From Planctomycetota bacterium (GTDB taxonomy: Bacteria; Latescibacterota; UBA2968; UBA8231), in the NCBI GenBank assembly GCA_047616505.1, contig JBLHGI010000001.1, forward strand, positions 1-60,027: 60,027 bases of DNA, written 5' to 3'. Of the stretch, positions 48,087-56,405 are shown piece after piece. Within the stretch, counting starts at the first letter, position 1, and each line of letters begins with the position of its first letter. Made by a program: the position numbers and the translations under genes. The notes below the pieces were generated by a model. That model was not told where the DNA came from, searched no databases, and saw nothing but the letters and a program-made list of their open reading frames with translations.

Positions 48087-49361
48087 ATGCGCGATAAAGC
48101 GTTTCGCTTAGGCGTGCTCAACGGCACCATCTTTGAGGTGGTTATTATCATCATGCAACCGAGCTTGGTGCTCTCGGCGTTCTTTCTAAAACTGACGGAC
48201 TCGACCTTTATAGCCGCCTTGCCTGCGGCGCTTATGCACTTGGGCGGTCTCTGGCCACAGCTAATTGTTGCCCATATTGCCGAGGGCATGGAGTACAAGA
48301 AGCCGATTTACGTGTGGGCTGGCATTGCGCGCACTGTCACCTTGGCGGCGATGGCCGTGGTGACGTACGAGATGGTTGGTGTCGAAACAAGTGCCTTGGT
48401 GCTGTTCTTTGCCGCCGTTTACTTCGTCTATTCTTCGGCCAACGGCGCCGGTGGCATTGGTTTTATGGATATGGTCGCCAAAACCATTCCGGCGACGCGG
48501 CGTGGTCGCTTTATGGGGTTGCGCGGTTTTTATGGGGGTCTAATGGGGCTGGCGACGGGTTTTTACGTGCGTTATATGCTCGGTGAGACCGGACCGGCCT
48601 TCCCGCTTAACTATGCTTTGCTCTTTTTTACGGCGACCTTTTTCTTGCTCGTTGCGGTGGCTGTCTTTGCCGCCGTTCCCGAACCCGCTGGCCGCATTGT
48701 AGAGCAGCGCACGCCCTTTAGCCAACTGTTTCGCCGAGGGTGGGCCACTCTCCAGGAAGACCGCAACTACCGTCTACTGGTTTGGGTGCGGATGCTGCTC
48801 TCGGCGACGATGGTTGGCCAGGTTGTTTTTGTGCCTTATGCGCTCAAGGCGTTGCTCTTACCCGAGTCGATTATTGGCGTGCTGATGATTTCGGCGACCT
48901 GTTTTACTTTGCCATCAAATTTTCTCTGGGGCCATATAGGTGATCGCTATGGCAATCGCTTACTCCTGCTGACGGGGACGCTCTTTTTTCTTGCTGCTCC
49001 GCTTTGCGCATTGGTCTCGTGGTATGCGCCGGCATATCATCCGTTCTTTTTCTTGCCTGAGATGTACGATCTGCGCGCGTTGCTCTTCGTAGCGGCTTTT
49101 GTGTTGGCTGGTGTCGGTATGCGCGGTTCCTTTATGGGCTCTTCGAATTATTTTCTCGAAATTGCTCCAGAAGATCGGCGTCCTTCGTATCAGGCTTTTA
49201 TGCGTGTGCTGCAGGCTCCAGCGGCATTGGGACCGCTTCTGGGGGGTAGCATTGCCGAACAAATTTCTTTCCAGGCGACCTTTTTGTTGGCTTGTAGTGG
49301 TGGTTTAGCTACCTGTATCTTGGTCTGGCGCTTGGGAGAGCCACGGGGCCAAAAGCCATAA
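48087..49361 (+). CDS. MFS transporter
   Basis: About 12 predicted hydrophobic segments and a typical MFS loop, TRRGRFMGLRG, between TM2 and TM3-like positions. Confidence 0.8.
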   Translation: MRDKAFRLGVLNGTIFEVVIIIMQPSLVLSAFFLKLTDSTFIAALPAALMHLGGLWPQLIVAHIAEGMEYKKPIYVWAGIARTVTLAAMAVVTYEMVGVETSALVLFFAAVYFVYSSANGAGGIGFMDMVAKTIPATRRGRFMGLRGFYGGLMGLATGFYVRYMLGETGPAFPLNYALLFFTATFFLLVAVAVFAAVPEPAGRIVEQRTPFSQLFRRGWATLQEDRNYRLLVWVRMLLSATMVGQVVFVPYALKALLLPESIIGVLMISATCFTLPSNFLWGHIGDRYGNRLLLLTGTLFFLAAPLCALVSWYAPAYHPFFFLPEMYDLRALLFVAAFVLAGVGMRGSFMGSSNYFLEIAPEDRRPSYQAFMRVLQAPAALGPLLGGSIAEQISFQATFLLACSGGLATCILVWRLGEPRGQKP

Positions 49362-49468
49362 AGGATCTCTTTGCCGACCTGTTCTCTTGACTTGGCATCG
49401 GTGCGCTAATAGTCTAGAGAAGGTAATTCAACAATGGGTGATCTTCTTCAAGGTGCAGGTAAGCTTCA

Positions 49469-49975
49469 GTGAATTGGGCCTTCGGTGTTATCTGTATTGC
49501 TCTCATCGTGATCTTGTTTCAGTTGATGATGATATACAACAAGCGCTCTGACGAGCTACTCGCGCGCCAGGAGCCGCTGCGTCGGCGCATCCAATCCCAT
49601 CGCAAGGAAATAGCGACTAGCGTGGAGAGGGTGCAGCGCGCTGCCGAAAGTGGTCTAGAAGAAATGGGATTCTCGATTTCTGAATTGGTCGAAAAAAACG
49701 CACAGTTTAAAAAGGGAGTCGAACAACTAGAACTGCAAGTGCAGAGCCAGAACAAAGGCGAAGAGGAAGACGATATAGAAGACCAGGATCCCGTGTCCTT
49801 GGCAGCAATAAAAGAAGACGATCCGCGCTTGGTTCTGCGTGATGCGATTCGCCACCGCGAAGAAGTCGAGATCAATATCAATGCGCTCAAACGCGATGTC
49901 GAGGCTATAAAACGCAATATGCTACGGGTAAACGCCAAGCTGAAGCGAAACGAAAGAAAGAGCGATAAGAAGTGA
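49469..49975 (+). CDS. Membrane-anchored coiled-coil protein (hypothetical)
   Basis: GTG start, one N-terminal TM (WAFGVICIALIVILFQLMMIY), then about 140 aa of charged heptad-like sequence. Confidence 0.55.
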   Translation: MNWAFGVICIALIVILFQLMMIYNKRSDELLARQEPLRRRIQSHRKEIATSVERVQRAAESGLEEMGFSISELVEKNAQFKKGVEQLELQVQSQNKGEEEDDIEDQDPVSLAAIKEDDPRLVLRDAIRHREEVEININALKRDVEAIKRNMLRVNAKLKRNERKSDKK

Positions 49976-50298
49976 CGAGTCTCCTTATCACGGCTGTCGT
50001 CGTGTTGGTGATCACGTGCTTGGTGGTGCGCGACCAAACGGAGTTCAAGTTAGGGAAGCTGCGCACCGAGTTATTGGGGCTGCGCTCTGAAGAAAAGCGT
50101 TTGGAAGAAACGCGTACGGAAGTGGAGCAACTGGTGCGCGGGGTCGGCGAGGAGCTCAACCGTGCCGATACGCGCCAGCGCACAGCCGAGCAGAATAACC
50201 GCGAATTGGCAGAGATTTTGGATGGAATGGGTATAGAGCTAGAAACCGACGCCGCTTCCACAGAAGCTGCGCCGGTGCAGGAACCTAGCGATTCCTGA
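49972..50298 (+). CDS. Membrane-anchored coiled-coil protein (hypothetical), translationally coupled
   Basis: GTGA overlap with the upstream ORF, one N-terminal TM (LLITAVVVLVITCLVV), then a charged coiled-coil-like segment. Confidence 0.55.
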   Translation: MTSLLITAVVVLVITCLVVRDQTEFKLGKLRTELLGLRSEEKRLEETRTEVEQLVRGVGEELNRADTRQRTAEQNNRELAEILDGMGIELETDAASTEAAPVQEPSDS

Positions 50299-50314
50299 GC
50301 TGAGTTTCCCCCGC

Positions 50315-50704
50315 TTATGCTCCGACCGCGGCCTCTTGCCGCGGTAAATAATACACCGCCATATAGTGTTTTTTGCAGTAGCCGCGTGCGGCATGTCTTT
50401 CGTCGCAGCCGGGTATCTGGCAGGCCTTGCGCCCGTATTCGCGCTCGCGTTCGGGGGTTAAGCGGCCGTAGCGACGTACCTGCTGGTAGTGGCGAAAACA
50501 ATAGCCGCGCGCCACTTCTACGTGGCGGCAGTCCGTCGCCTGGCAAATGCCCTCGCGCTGGCCGTATTCGCGTTCGGGCGTTAGACGCCCGTGGCGGCGT
50601 ATCTGCTGGTAGTGGCGTGGACAATAACCAGCGGTGCGGGCTGCTTTGTCACAATAATGAGCCCTACAGCTGACCTTCCATGTGTGCGCGCTCAAATCCT
50701 GCAT
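50315..50704 (-). CDS. Small protein with three tandem CCCH zinc-knuckle repeats (C-x4-C-x9-C-x2-H)
   Basis: The ATG at 50704 has an AGGAAAGGA RBS. The units are CRAHYCDKAARTAGYCPRHYQQIRRHGRLTPERE, CQATDCRHVEVARGYCFRHYQQVRRYGRLTPERE and CQIPGCDERHAARGYCKKHY. The repeat is also visible at the DNA level (~117 bp). Confidence 0.65.
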   Translation of the reverse strand: MQDLSAHTWKVSCRAHYCDKAARTAGYCPRHYQQIRRHGRLTPEREYGQREGICQATDCRHVEVARGYCFRHYQQVRRYGRLTPEREREYGRKACQIPGCDERHAARGYCKKHYMAVYYLPRQEAAVGA

Positions 50705-51059
50705 GACAACAATCCTTTCCTGAGCTATAGGCGCGGTTCTCAACCTATAAAATCGGTAGACTAGGTTCGAAATAATGTGATATGTATCAACAATTCATTT
50801 TTTCTTGCGATGAATATACTCGGAATGTCTAATAAGCAAGGAGTGTGCCGTGGATCAGGACTTTTGCCTTAGGCAAAGAAAAAAGGCGCAACCTACTGAT
50901 AAATATGAAAATAAAAATAAAGACTAAATTTCGTGAGATGCGGGACGGGTGGGTATCATTGGCGAGTTGCGCCATTTGATCTCAGAAATCTGAGGTGGTC
51001 GAGGTTTTTTCGACACATTTGGCATTTTTTAAAACGCTTTATAGAGACTCCTGCCGGGG

Positions 51060-52922
51060 CTAGAGCCCTTTGAGGATTTTCCGACACGCATCGCCAATGG
51101 CTCCGCGCTGTTGGTCGCCGAATAGCTCGGGGTTTTGAGCTATTTCGTCTAAGGCCGGTCGCGCGTATTCGCCTAGTGCCCGCACCTGGTCCAATAGTTC
51201 GGGGTAGTTTTCACTCGCATCGAGGCGAATGAATAGTGCGGCTAAGAGTGCGAGTAATTCGGGGCTGTCGGGGTCGTACTCGCGCAGCTCGATGAAGTGG
51301 TGATGGCGCGTGCTAAAGCCGGAAGGATCGGAACTGTAGGCGCGTGCATTTTCAGGCAGGTATTCGGCAAGGCGCTCAACTACGGGAGCGAGATGTTTTT
51401 TGATCACGACATCCTCTTGGCCGGACAGCTCGCGGTATTGCTCTAAAAAGCGCGTGTGATACATCGGGTGGCGATCGAGCATGGCCAGCAGGCCGCAGAG
51501 ATGTTCGTTCTCTTCGTTTGGCTCGGGCTTTTCCACTAGACCTTGGCCGGCATCAATGAGCACGCGCGCGCTGCCAGCTAGCTCTACCCTGCGTTTAAAG
51601 TCGGGCGCCTGCGAAGGGCGCAAGCGCACTTCGATCATGCGGTAGAGCATCTCCTGCACTTCGCGCATATTTTCCTCTTGGGCGCGCTCGTCCATCACGG
51701 CGAATTGTTCGAAGAATTCGTAGCGCTTTTGCTGCAGAAAATACTGGTGCAGTCCGTTGAAATGATGGCCCAGCGATCCGGGCATCTTGGACGTGAAGGT
51801 CGTCGAATAGCTCTGTAGCATTTTGCCGAAGCCATCGACAATATTGTAGCCGTCGTAGCGGTTGGCCGTCACATAGCTATAGCCATAGACTTGCTCTTCG
51901 GCGACGGTGGCGAGAAAATCGCGCATGCCATCGGCGCCAATAAGAATGAGTTTTTCGAGCAGGTCTTCGGTGCGCAGCGAGCGGCTGAGTTTAAAGCGTG
52001 CCTCGTCCCACAGGTCGTGCATGATATCTGCGGTCGTCTGCGGCTCTAGGGGCAGCGAGAGTTCTTCGGCCAGGCGAAAGGCCGCCGTGTGCACGATATC
52101 GCGGTCGATGGCAAAATACGTCGGATACTGGTAGATCTCACAGAGGTCGTACAATTTGAGGTGAGACCAGAAGCGCTCGCGGCTTTCGTCGAATATTTCA
52201 TCGGTTATATCGTAGGGATCGCGCTCGCGAATGGAGGGTCTCAAACGGTAGAGGGCATTGGCGTAATAGCGAAAAAACACGCGAATTTCGTCTTCTTTTT
52301 TGTCGTCGTTATCGTCGAGGTGTTTGTTGAGCCGGCGCAGCGTGTCCTTGATGATATAATAACCAATTGTATAGCGTGTTTTGAGATGGTCCTGGAGCCG
52401 GCGCACGGTTTCGAGGATGAGCAGATAGTTGAGTAATGGCCAGGCTTCTTGGATAATGATCTCGCTGATCGCCCAATAATCATAGCCCTTCTCAAAGGCT
52501 TCGCGCAGCACCATTTCGGGAATGTAGAGCGTGCGTCGCGTGCGCCCTACGTGAAAGGATTGGTGTTCGCGCGGGTGGTGGAAAACCAGCAGCGAAGGGC
52601 CTTGCACCAGCGTGACGCTGACGTTGTTGTCGAGCAGGGCATCGATCAGATAGGGTGGTAGTTGGCGGATGGCGCTGTAGAAGAACTTGACCATGTCGTG
52701 GCCGGCGTAAAAACGCGGCAGCTTTTCGTCGGGCATGAGCTGGCCGTTGCGCAGGCGGGTCTGTTGGCCAAAGATGATGGTCTTGGGATTGGCGCGAATC
52801 GTGTCGTTGACTTCCGCGTGTGGTATGGCACCTTCGCGCAGACCGGTGTTGGGGCGGTCGTCGCTATTGGAGTAGAGGTTGGGGTTTTCTGGGAAGACTT
52901 GCTGTGGGAGTCTATATTGCAT
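51060..52922 (-). CDS. Hypothetical protein (621 aa, no recognisable motif)
   Basis: I chose the ATG at 52922 (MQYRLPQQ...). The longer ORF-track start at 53138 would overlap the divergent PhyH gene and encodes low-complexity sequence. Confidence 0.6.
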   Translation of the reverse strand: MQYRLPQQVFPENPNLYSNSDDRPNTGLREGAIPHAEVNDTIRANPKTIIFGQQTRLRNGQLMPDEKLPRFYAGHDMVKFFYSAIRQLPPYLIDALLDNNVSVTLVQGPSLLVFHHPREHQSFHVGRTRRTLYIPEMVLREAFEKGYDYWAISEIIIQEAWPLLNYLLILETVRRLQDHLKTRYTIGYYIIKDTLRRLNKHLDDNDDKKEDEIRVFFRYYANALYRLRPSIRERDPYDITDEIFDESRERFWSHLKLYDLCEIYQYPTYFAIDRDIVHTAAFRLAEELSLPLEPQTTADIMHDLWDEARFKLSRSLRTEDLLEKLILIGADGMRDFLATVAEEQVYGYSYVTANRYDGYNIVDGFGKMLQSYSTTFTSKMPGSLGHHFNGLHQYFLQQKRYEFFEQFAVMDERAQEENMREVQEMLYRMIEVRLRPSQAPDFKRRVELAGSARVLIDAGQGLVEKPEPNEENEHLCGLLAMLDRHPMYHTRFLEQYRELSGQEDVVIKKHLAPVVERLAEYLPENARAYSSDPSGFSTRHHHFIELREYDPDSPELLALLAALFIRLDASENYPELLDQVRALGEYARPALDEIAQNPELFGDQQRGAIGDACRKILKGL

Positions 52923-52941
52923 TGAAGGCCATGTGCGCAAG

Positions 52942-53000
52942 GGGCAATTAGGGCTTCCCTTTCGCTCATTCTCGCCCGACAGGGAAATCCCTAATTGCCC
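52942..53000. repeat. Long imperfect inverted repeat in the divergent control region
   Basis: GGGCAATTAGGGCTTCCC (52942-52959) versus GGGAAATCCCTAATTGCCC (52982-53000). The 12-bp outer cores are perfectly complementary. The loop is 22 nt. Confidence 0.85.
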
Positions 53001-53128
53001 TCGGACTATAGGTGGATGCAGTTTTGACGTTAGTGGAGAAAAAAAGTAAGGTATGGGAATGAGATTACCAAAGTAAATTGGGAGTGGGGGTTGAGGGGAA
53101 ATAGAGACTAAGGATAAAGGAGTGTGGG

Positions 53129-53911
53129 ATGAGTACATCCGCTAGTGCGTTAAAAGAGCAGTTTGATCGCGATGGCTATGCTATTTATGAGAATGTTATC
53201 GATGCGGATTTGGTGCGCGAGGCCAGTGACCATGTCAATTGGCTATTGCAGAAGAACCCGGATCTCAGGCCCGAGCAGCTGCACAATAACTTGATGACGA
53301 ACGACCCGTTTTGGGTGCGCTTGATCAGCGACGAGCGCCTGCTCAATATCGCCGAGCAATACCTGGGGCCGAATATTGCGCTCTTTGCCTCGCATTATAT
53401 CAGCAAACCGCCGGGCGATGGTCAGCCCGTGCTCTGGCATCAGGACGGGTCATATTGGCCGCTGGAGCCGATGGAGGTGGTGACGCTGTGGCTGGCGGTC
53501 GACGATTCGCTGCCGGAAAATGGTTGCATGCGCGTGGTGCCGGGCACACAGCATATGGAGCTGCACGAAATGAAGCGACACACGGACGAAGCCAATGTGC
53601 TCAGCTCGCGCATGGATCCCGAATTAGTCGATGATAGCAAGGCGGTGGATATTGCATTAAAAGCGGGCGGTGTGTCGGTGCACCATCCCAGTATCGTACA
53701 TGGTTCCAACGCCAATGTTTCGGATGTGAGGCGCTGTGGTTTGACGATTCGCTATATACCAACGACGACGCGCATCGTCAGCGACAAACCGTGGCCGAGC
53801 GGGTTCTTATTGCGCGGTGAGGCGGTAGAAGGCGTTAACGACTATTTGCCTCGGCCCCGCTATATAGCGGGCGAGCACATGGCGTTTAGAGGGTGTGAGG
53901 CATGGGCCTGA
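53129..53911 (+). CDS. PhyH family dioxygenase
   Basis: FDRDGYAIYENVI, VLWHQDGSYW (HxD), VVPGTQH and SIVHGSNAN. AAAGGAG RBS. Confidence 0.85.
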   Translation: MSTSASALKEQFDRDGYAIYENVIDADLVREASDHVNWLLQKNPDLRPEQLHNNLMTNDPFWVRLISDERLLNIAEQYLGPNIALFASHYISKPPGDGQPVLWHQDGSYWPLEPMEVVTLWLAVDDSLPENGCMRVVPGTQHMELHEMKRHTDEANVLSSRMDPELVDDSKAVDIALKAGGVSVHHPSIVHGSNANVSDVRRCGLTIRYIPTTTRIVSDKPWPSGFLLRGEAVEGVNDYLPRPRYIAGEHMAFRGCEAWA

Positions 53912-53959
53912 GCTTTTAGGGTCGCCTCTCGACCCCCTCTAGTTCATCGCATAAATTAC

Positions 53960-53989
53960 AAAACGCGCCTCCAATTGGGGGCGCGTTTT
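53960..53989. terminator. Bidirectional rho-independent terminator
   Basis: AAAACGCGCC (53960-53969) / GGCGCGTTTT (53980-53989). Pairing can extend to leave an AATT loop. A/T runs on both sides. It lies between the convergent PhyH gene (+) and the small ORF (-). Confidence 0.8.
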
Positions 53990-54069
53990 GCTGTGTAAAC
54001 AAAAGACTTTTCAGTCGGAAGGAAGAAAGGATACCCTTTTGATCACACAGTTCTAATCAATCATTAGCT

Positions 54070-54303
54070 CTATTTGGCTACAAAGTAGGTCAGCATCGAA
54101 ATAGTGGCACACACCGCGAAGATTAGGCTGTACAAATTTATCGGGGCCTTTTTTTCAAAGCCGGGCTGATGGCGGTTGTGCACAGTGTGGTGGCTAGCTC
54201 TGCCTTTGGCAGGACGTGCAGCAGTTGCTGTAGATCTGCCAATGGGTTCGGTCCCATACAGAGCGTTAATCGCCGCGTCAGAATAGTCTTTGTTTTCACT
54301 CAT
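54070..54303 (-). CDS. 77-aa tail-anchored small membrane protein (hypothetical)
   Basis: GGAAGGAAGAG RBS 6 nt before the ATG, a sigma54-type promoter ~47 nt upstream, a terminator downstream, and a C-terminal TM (LYSLIFAVCATISMLTYFV). Confidence 0.6.
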   Translation of the reverse strand: MSENKDYSDAAINALYGTEPIGRSTATAARPAKGRASHHTVHNRHQPGFEKKAPINLYSLIFAVCATISMLTYFVAK

Positions 54304-54348
54304 AGTGCACTCTTCCTTCCGAGAAGAATTATTAGTTCACCAAGATTT

Positions 54349-54364
54349 AGCAAGTGCTATGCCA
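54349..54364 (-). promoter_or_regulatory. Sigma54 (-24/-12) promoter
   Basis: The minus strand reads TGGCAT-agcac-TTGCT with canonical GG/GC spacing. Confidence 0.65.
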
Positions 54365-54429
54365 TGAATTAAAGAGCGCCGTATAGTATTGTTTTATAAC
54401 AGCATACAATAATATAGTACATAATCATA

Positions 54430-54490
54430 ATGTCTCATAATGTCTCATAAAAAAGACATTATGAGACATATGTGAGACATTATGAGACAT
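54430..54490. promoter_or_regulatory. Phased octamer array / 18-bp perfect inverted repeat: candidate enhancer (UAS) for the adjacent sigma54 activator, or the terminator of its gene
   Basis: ATGTCTCA at 54430 and 54440. TGAGACAT at 54462, 54473 and 54483, with a partial AGACAT at 54454. ATGTCTCATAATGTCTCA (54430-54447) is the exact reverse complement of 54473-54490. Confidence 0.6.
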
Positions 54491-54495
54491 GAATG

Positions 54496-56346
54496 TTATC
54501 TTTTTGTTTGGATATTAAAATCTGATAGGCGGCGATAGAAGGTGGCTCGGCTCATTCCCAATAATCGGGCCGCCGCCGCTCGGTTGTCGCGTGTGCGTTT
54601 AAGCGCTGCCAAGATGCGGCTCTCCTCGTCCATTAGCTGTAGGGAGTCTGAGAGGGGCAGCTTTTGTCCGTTGGAGAGTTGAGTATTTTGCTGAGGAGGC
54701 GTATATGCTCCCGATGCTCCCGTTCCCAGCCGGCTAGCGTGGACTGGCAAGGCCTTTATCTGGCGAAGCGGGAATGGTTCACTCTCCGTAGTCTCCGGCG
54801 GTAGGTCATCAGCTTGGATAACGGCAGTCGAACAGCGAAAGAGAGCAAACTCTATGGCGTTGCGCAACTCGCGCACATTGCCCGGCCACCAATAATCCAT
54901 CAGCAGTCCCATCGCCTGCGGGCTGATATCGCGCACGCTCTTGCCGCTGGTCGCCCCGACTTCGCGCAGAAAGGCCGCCGTTAGGGCGGGTATATCTTCG
55001 CGGCGCTCGCGTAGAGGGGGCAGCAGGATGCGCGCGATGCGCAGCCGGTAGAGTAGATCTTCGCGAAAACGGCCCTGCTCCACTTCGATGCTCAAGTCGC
55101 GGTGGGTGGCGGCGAGAATACGCACATCTACTTTGCGCGGTGTGTTTTCGCCTAAGCGCGTCACTTCTTTTTCCTGTAGTACGCGCAGTAGACTACCCTG
55201 TATATCGAGCGGAAGATCGCCGATTTCATCTAGCAAAAGCGTGCCGCCATTGGCCGCTTCCAGCACGCCCTGGTGATCGCTAATGGCCCCGGTAAAAGCA
55301 CCGCGCACGTGGCCGAAGAGCTGTGAGCCGACGAGTGTATCGGTAAGTCCGGCACAGTTGAGGGCGAGGAAGGGCTTGTCGCTGCGGTGGCTAGTCGAGT
55401 GCAGAGCGCGGGCGACTAGCTCCTTGCCAGTACCGGTCTCGCCCTGTATTAACACGGTCCAGTCGGCATTGGCTACTTCGCGAATCTGCTGATATACCAG
55501 GCCCATGGCCTTACTGCGCCCGACTAAGTCATAAAATTGGGTCTTTTCGTCTATCTGACGGCGCAAATCGTGCATTTCGGACACGTCGAAGAAGAGAAAT
55601 ATTTTGCGCTGTGGGTCGCGCGGATCGTCCAGCACTTCTACATCAATCCAGCGATTCTGGCCCCCTAGGCCCTCGACGCGGGCGATGACTTTTTTGCGCT
55701 TGTCTGGGAGTTTCCGCGCCATTGATTTTAGCTGCGTGTAATCTTCGGCAGAAAAGGGAAAGGCCTGCTGCCAGCGCTGGTCCAAGACATCGCGTCCGCG
55801 CCCTCCGAAAAATTGCTGGCTGGCGACCTCGCTTATAAAGATGATGCGTCCTTCGGCATTGGTCAGTGCTGTGCCCATGGGCAATTGGTGCAAAATGGAC
55901 TGTAGATCATCGTGGCTTTGCTCGAGCTGCTGGATCATTCCTCCGACCTGCGTCTGTGCTCGTCGGCGCTCTGCGAGCGTGCGCACTTGTTGTTGCGCAA
56001 TGGCGAGGCGGATGCGCAATAGCCCTACATCTATGGGTTTGGTCAGGTAGTCATCGGCACCGGCATTTAAAACGGTCTCGAGGTCCTCTTTTGTGTGGCG
56101 CGCCGTAATAACCAACACGACGGTGACGTCCCCCGTCGGCGTGTGGCGCACCTTTTGGCATAGCTCTAGGCCACTCATACCAGGCAGCATCCAATCCGTC
56201 ACTATCAGCGGAAAACTCTCGCGCTGATAGTCGGACCAAGCGGCCTCGGCGTCGGGGTAGGCGACGACCTCGTGACCAAGCGCCTCTAGCACCTGGGTGC
56301 ACAGAAACTGCGTGCTGCGGTTGTCCTCAATGAGTAATACTCGCAT
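54496..56346 (-). CDS. Sigma54-dependent response regulator (REC-PAS-AAA+-Fis HTH enhancer-binding protein)
   Basis: REC domain (MRVLLIEDN...[10 protein letters not shown]), PAS-like segment, Walker [22 protein letters not shown] motif, and C-terminal [20 protein letters not shown]. Confidence 0.9.
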   Translation of the reverse strand: MRVLLIEDNRSTQFLCTQVLEALGHEVVAYPDAEAAWSDYQRESFPLIVTDWMLPGMSGLELCQKVRHTPTGDVTVVLVITARHTKEDLETVLNAGADDYLTKPIDVGLLRIRLAIAQQQVRTLAERRRAQTQVGGMIQQLEQSHDDLQSILHQLPMGTALTNAEGRIIFISEVASQQFFGGRGRDVLDQRWQQAFPFSAEDYTQLKSMARKLPDKRKKVIARVEGLGGQNRWIDVEVLDDPRDPQRKIFLFFDVSEMHDLRRQIDEKTQFYDLVGRSKAMGLVYQQIREVANADWTVLIQGETGTGKELVARALHSTSHRSDKPFLALNCAGLTDTLVGSQLFGHVRGAFTGAISDHQGVLEAANGGTLLLDEIGDLPLDIQGSLLRVLQEKEVTRLGENTPRKVDVRILAATHRDLSIEVEQGRFREDLLYRLRIARILLPPLRERREDIPALTAAFLREVGATSGKSVRDISPQAMGLLMDYWWPGNVRELRNAIEFALFRCSTAVIQADDLPPETTESEPFPLRQIKALPVHASRLGTGASGAYTPPQQNTQLSNGQKLPLSDSLQLMDEESRILAALKRTRDNRAAAARLLGMSRATFYRRLSDFNIQTKR

Positions 56347-56405
56347 GGGCCGGCTTTGAGATCGTAGTATGGGAGCTTATAGGTCGTAAGGTCGGCCGCT
56401 GGCCG

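Noticed and set aside
49519-50624. Minus-strand ORFs 49519..50037 (172 aa) and 49905..50624 (239 aa), antisense to the coiled-coil ORFs and out of frame with the CCCH gene
   Set aside because: They have Ser/Arg/Pro-rich composition and no RBS. The + strand ORFs have TM helices, start/stop coupling and heptad-like sequence, and the CCCH frame has a clear repeat architecture. The calls for the + strand ORFs themselves are only of moderate confidence.
50745-50775. GGTTCGAAAT, which resembles a tRNA T-loop and could be a tRNA fragment or att site
   Set aside because: There is no flanking T-stem complementarity, no acceptor stem and no anticodon arm, so the resemblance looks accidental.
54421-54490. 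The short repeated units (ATGTCTCAT / ATGAGACAT) could be mistaken for a CRISPR or minisatellite array
   Set aside because: The units are 8-10 bp with no unique spacers, occur in both orientations, and have no cas genes nearby. They are better explained as an enhancer/operator array or hairpin.
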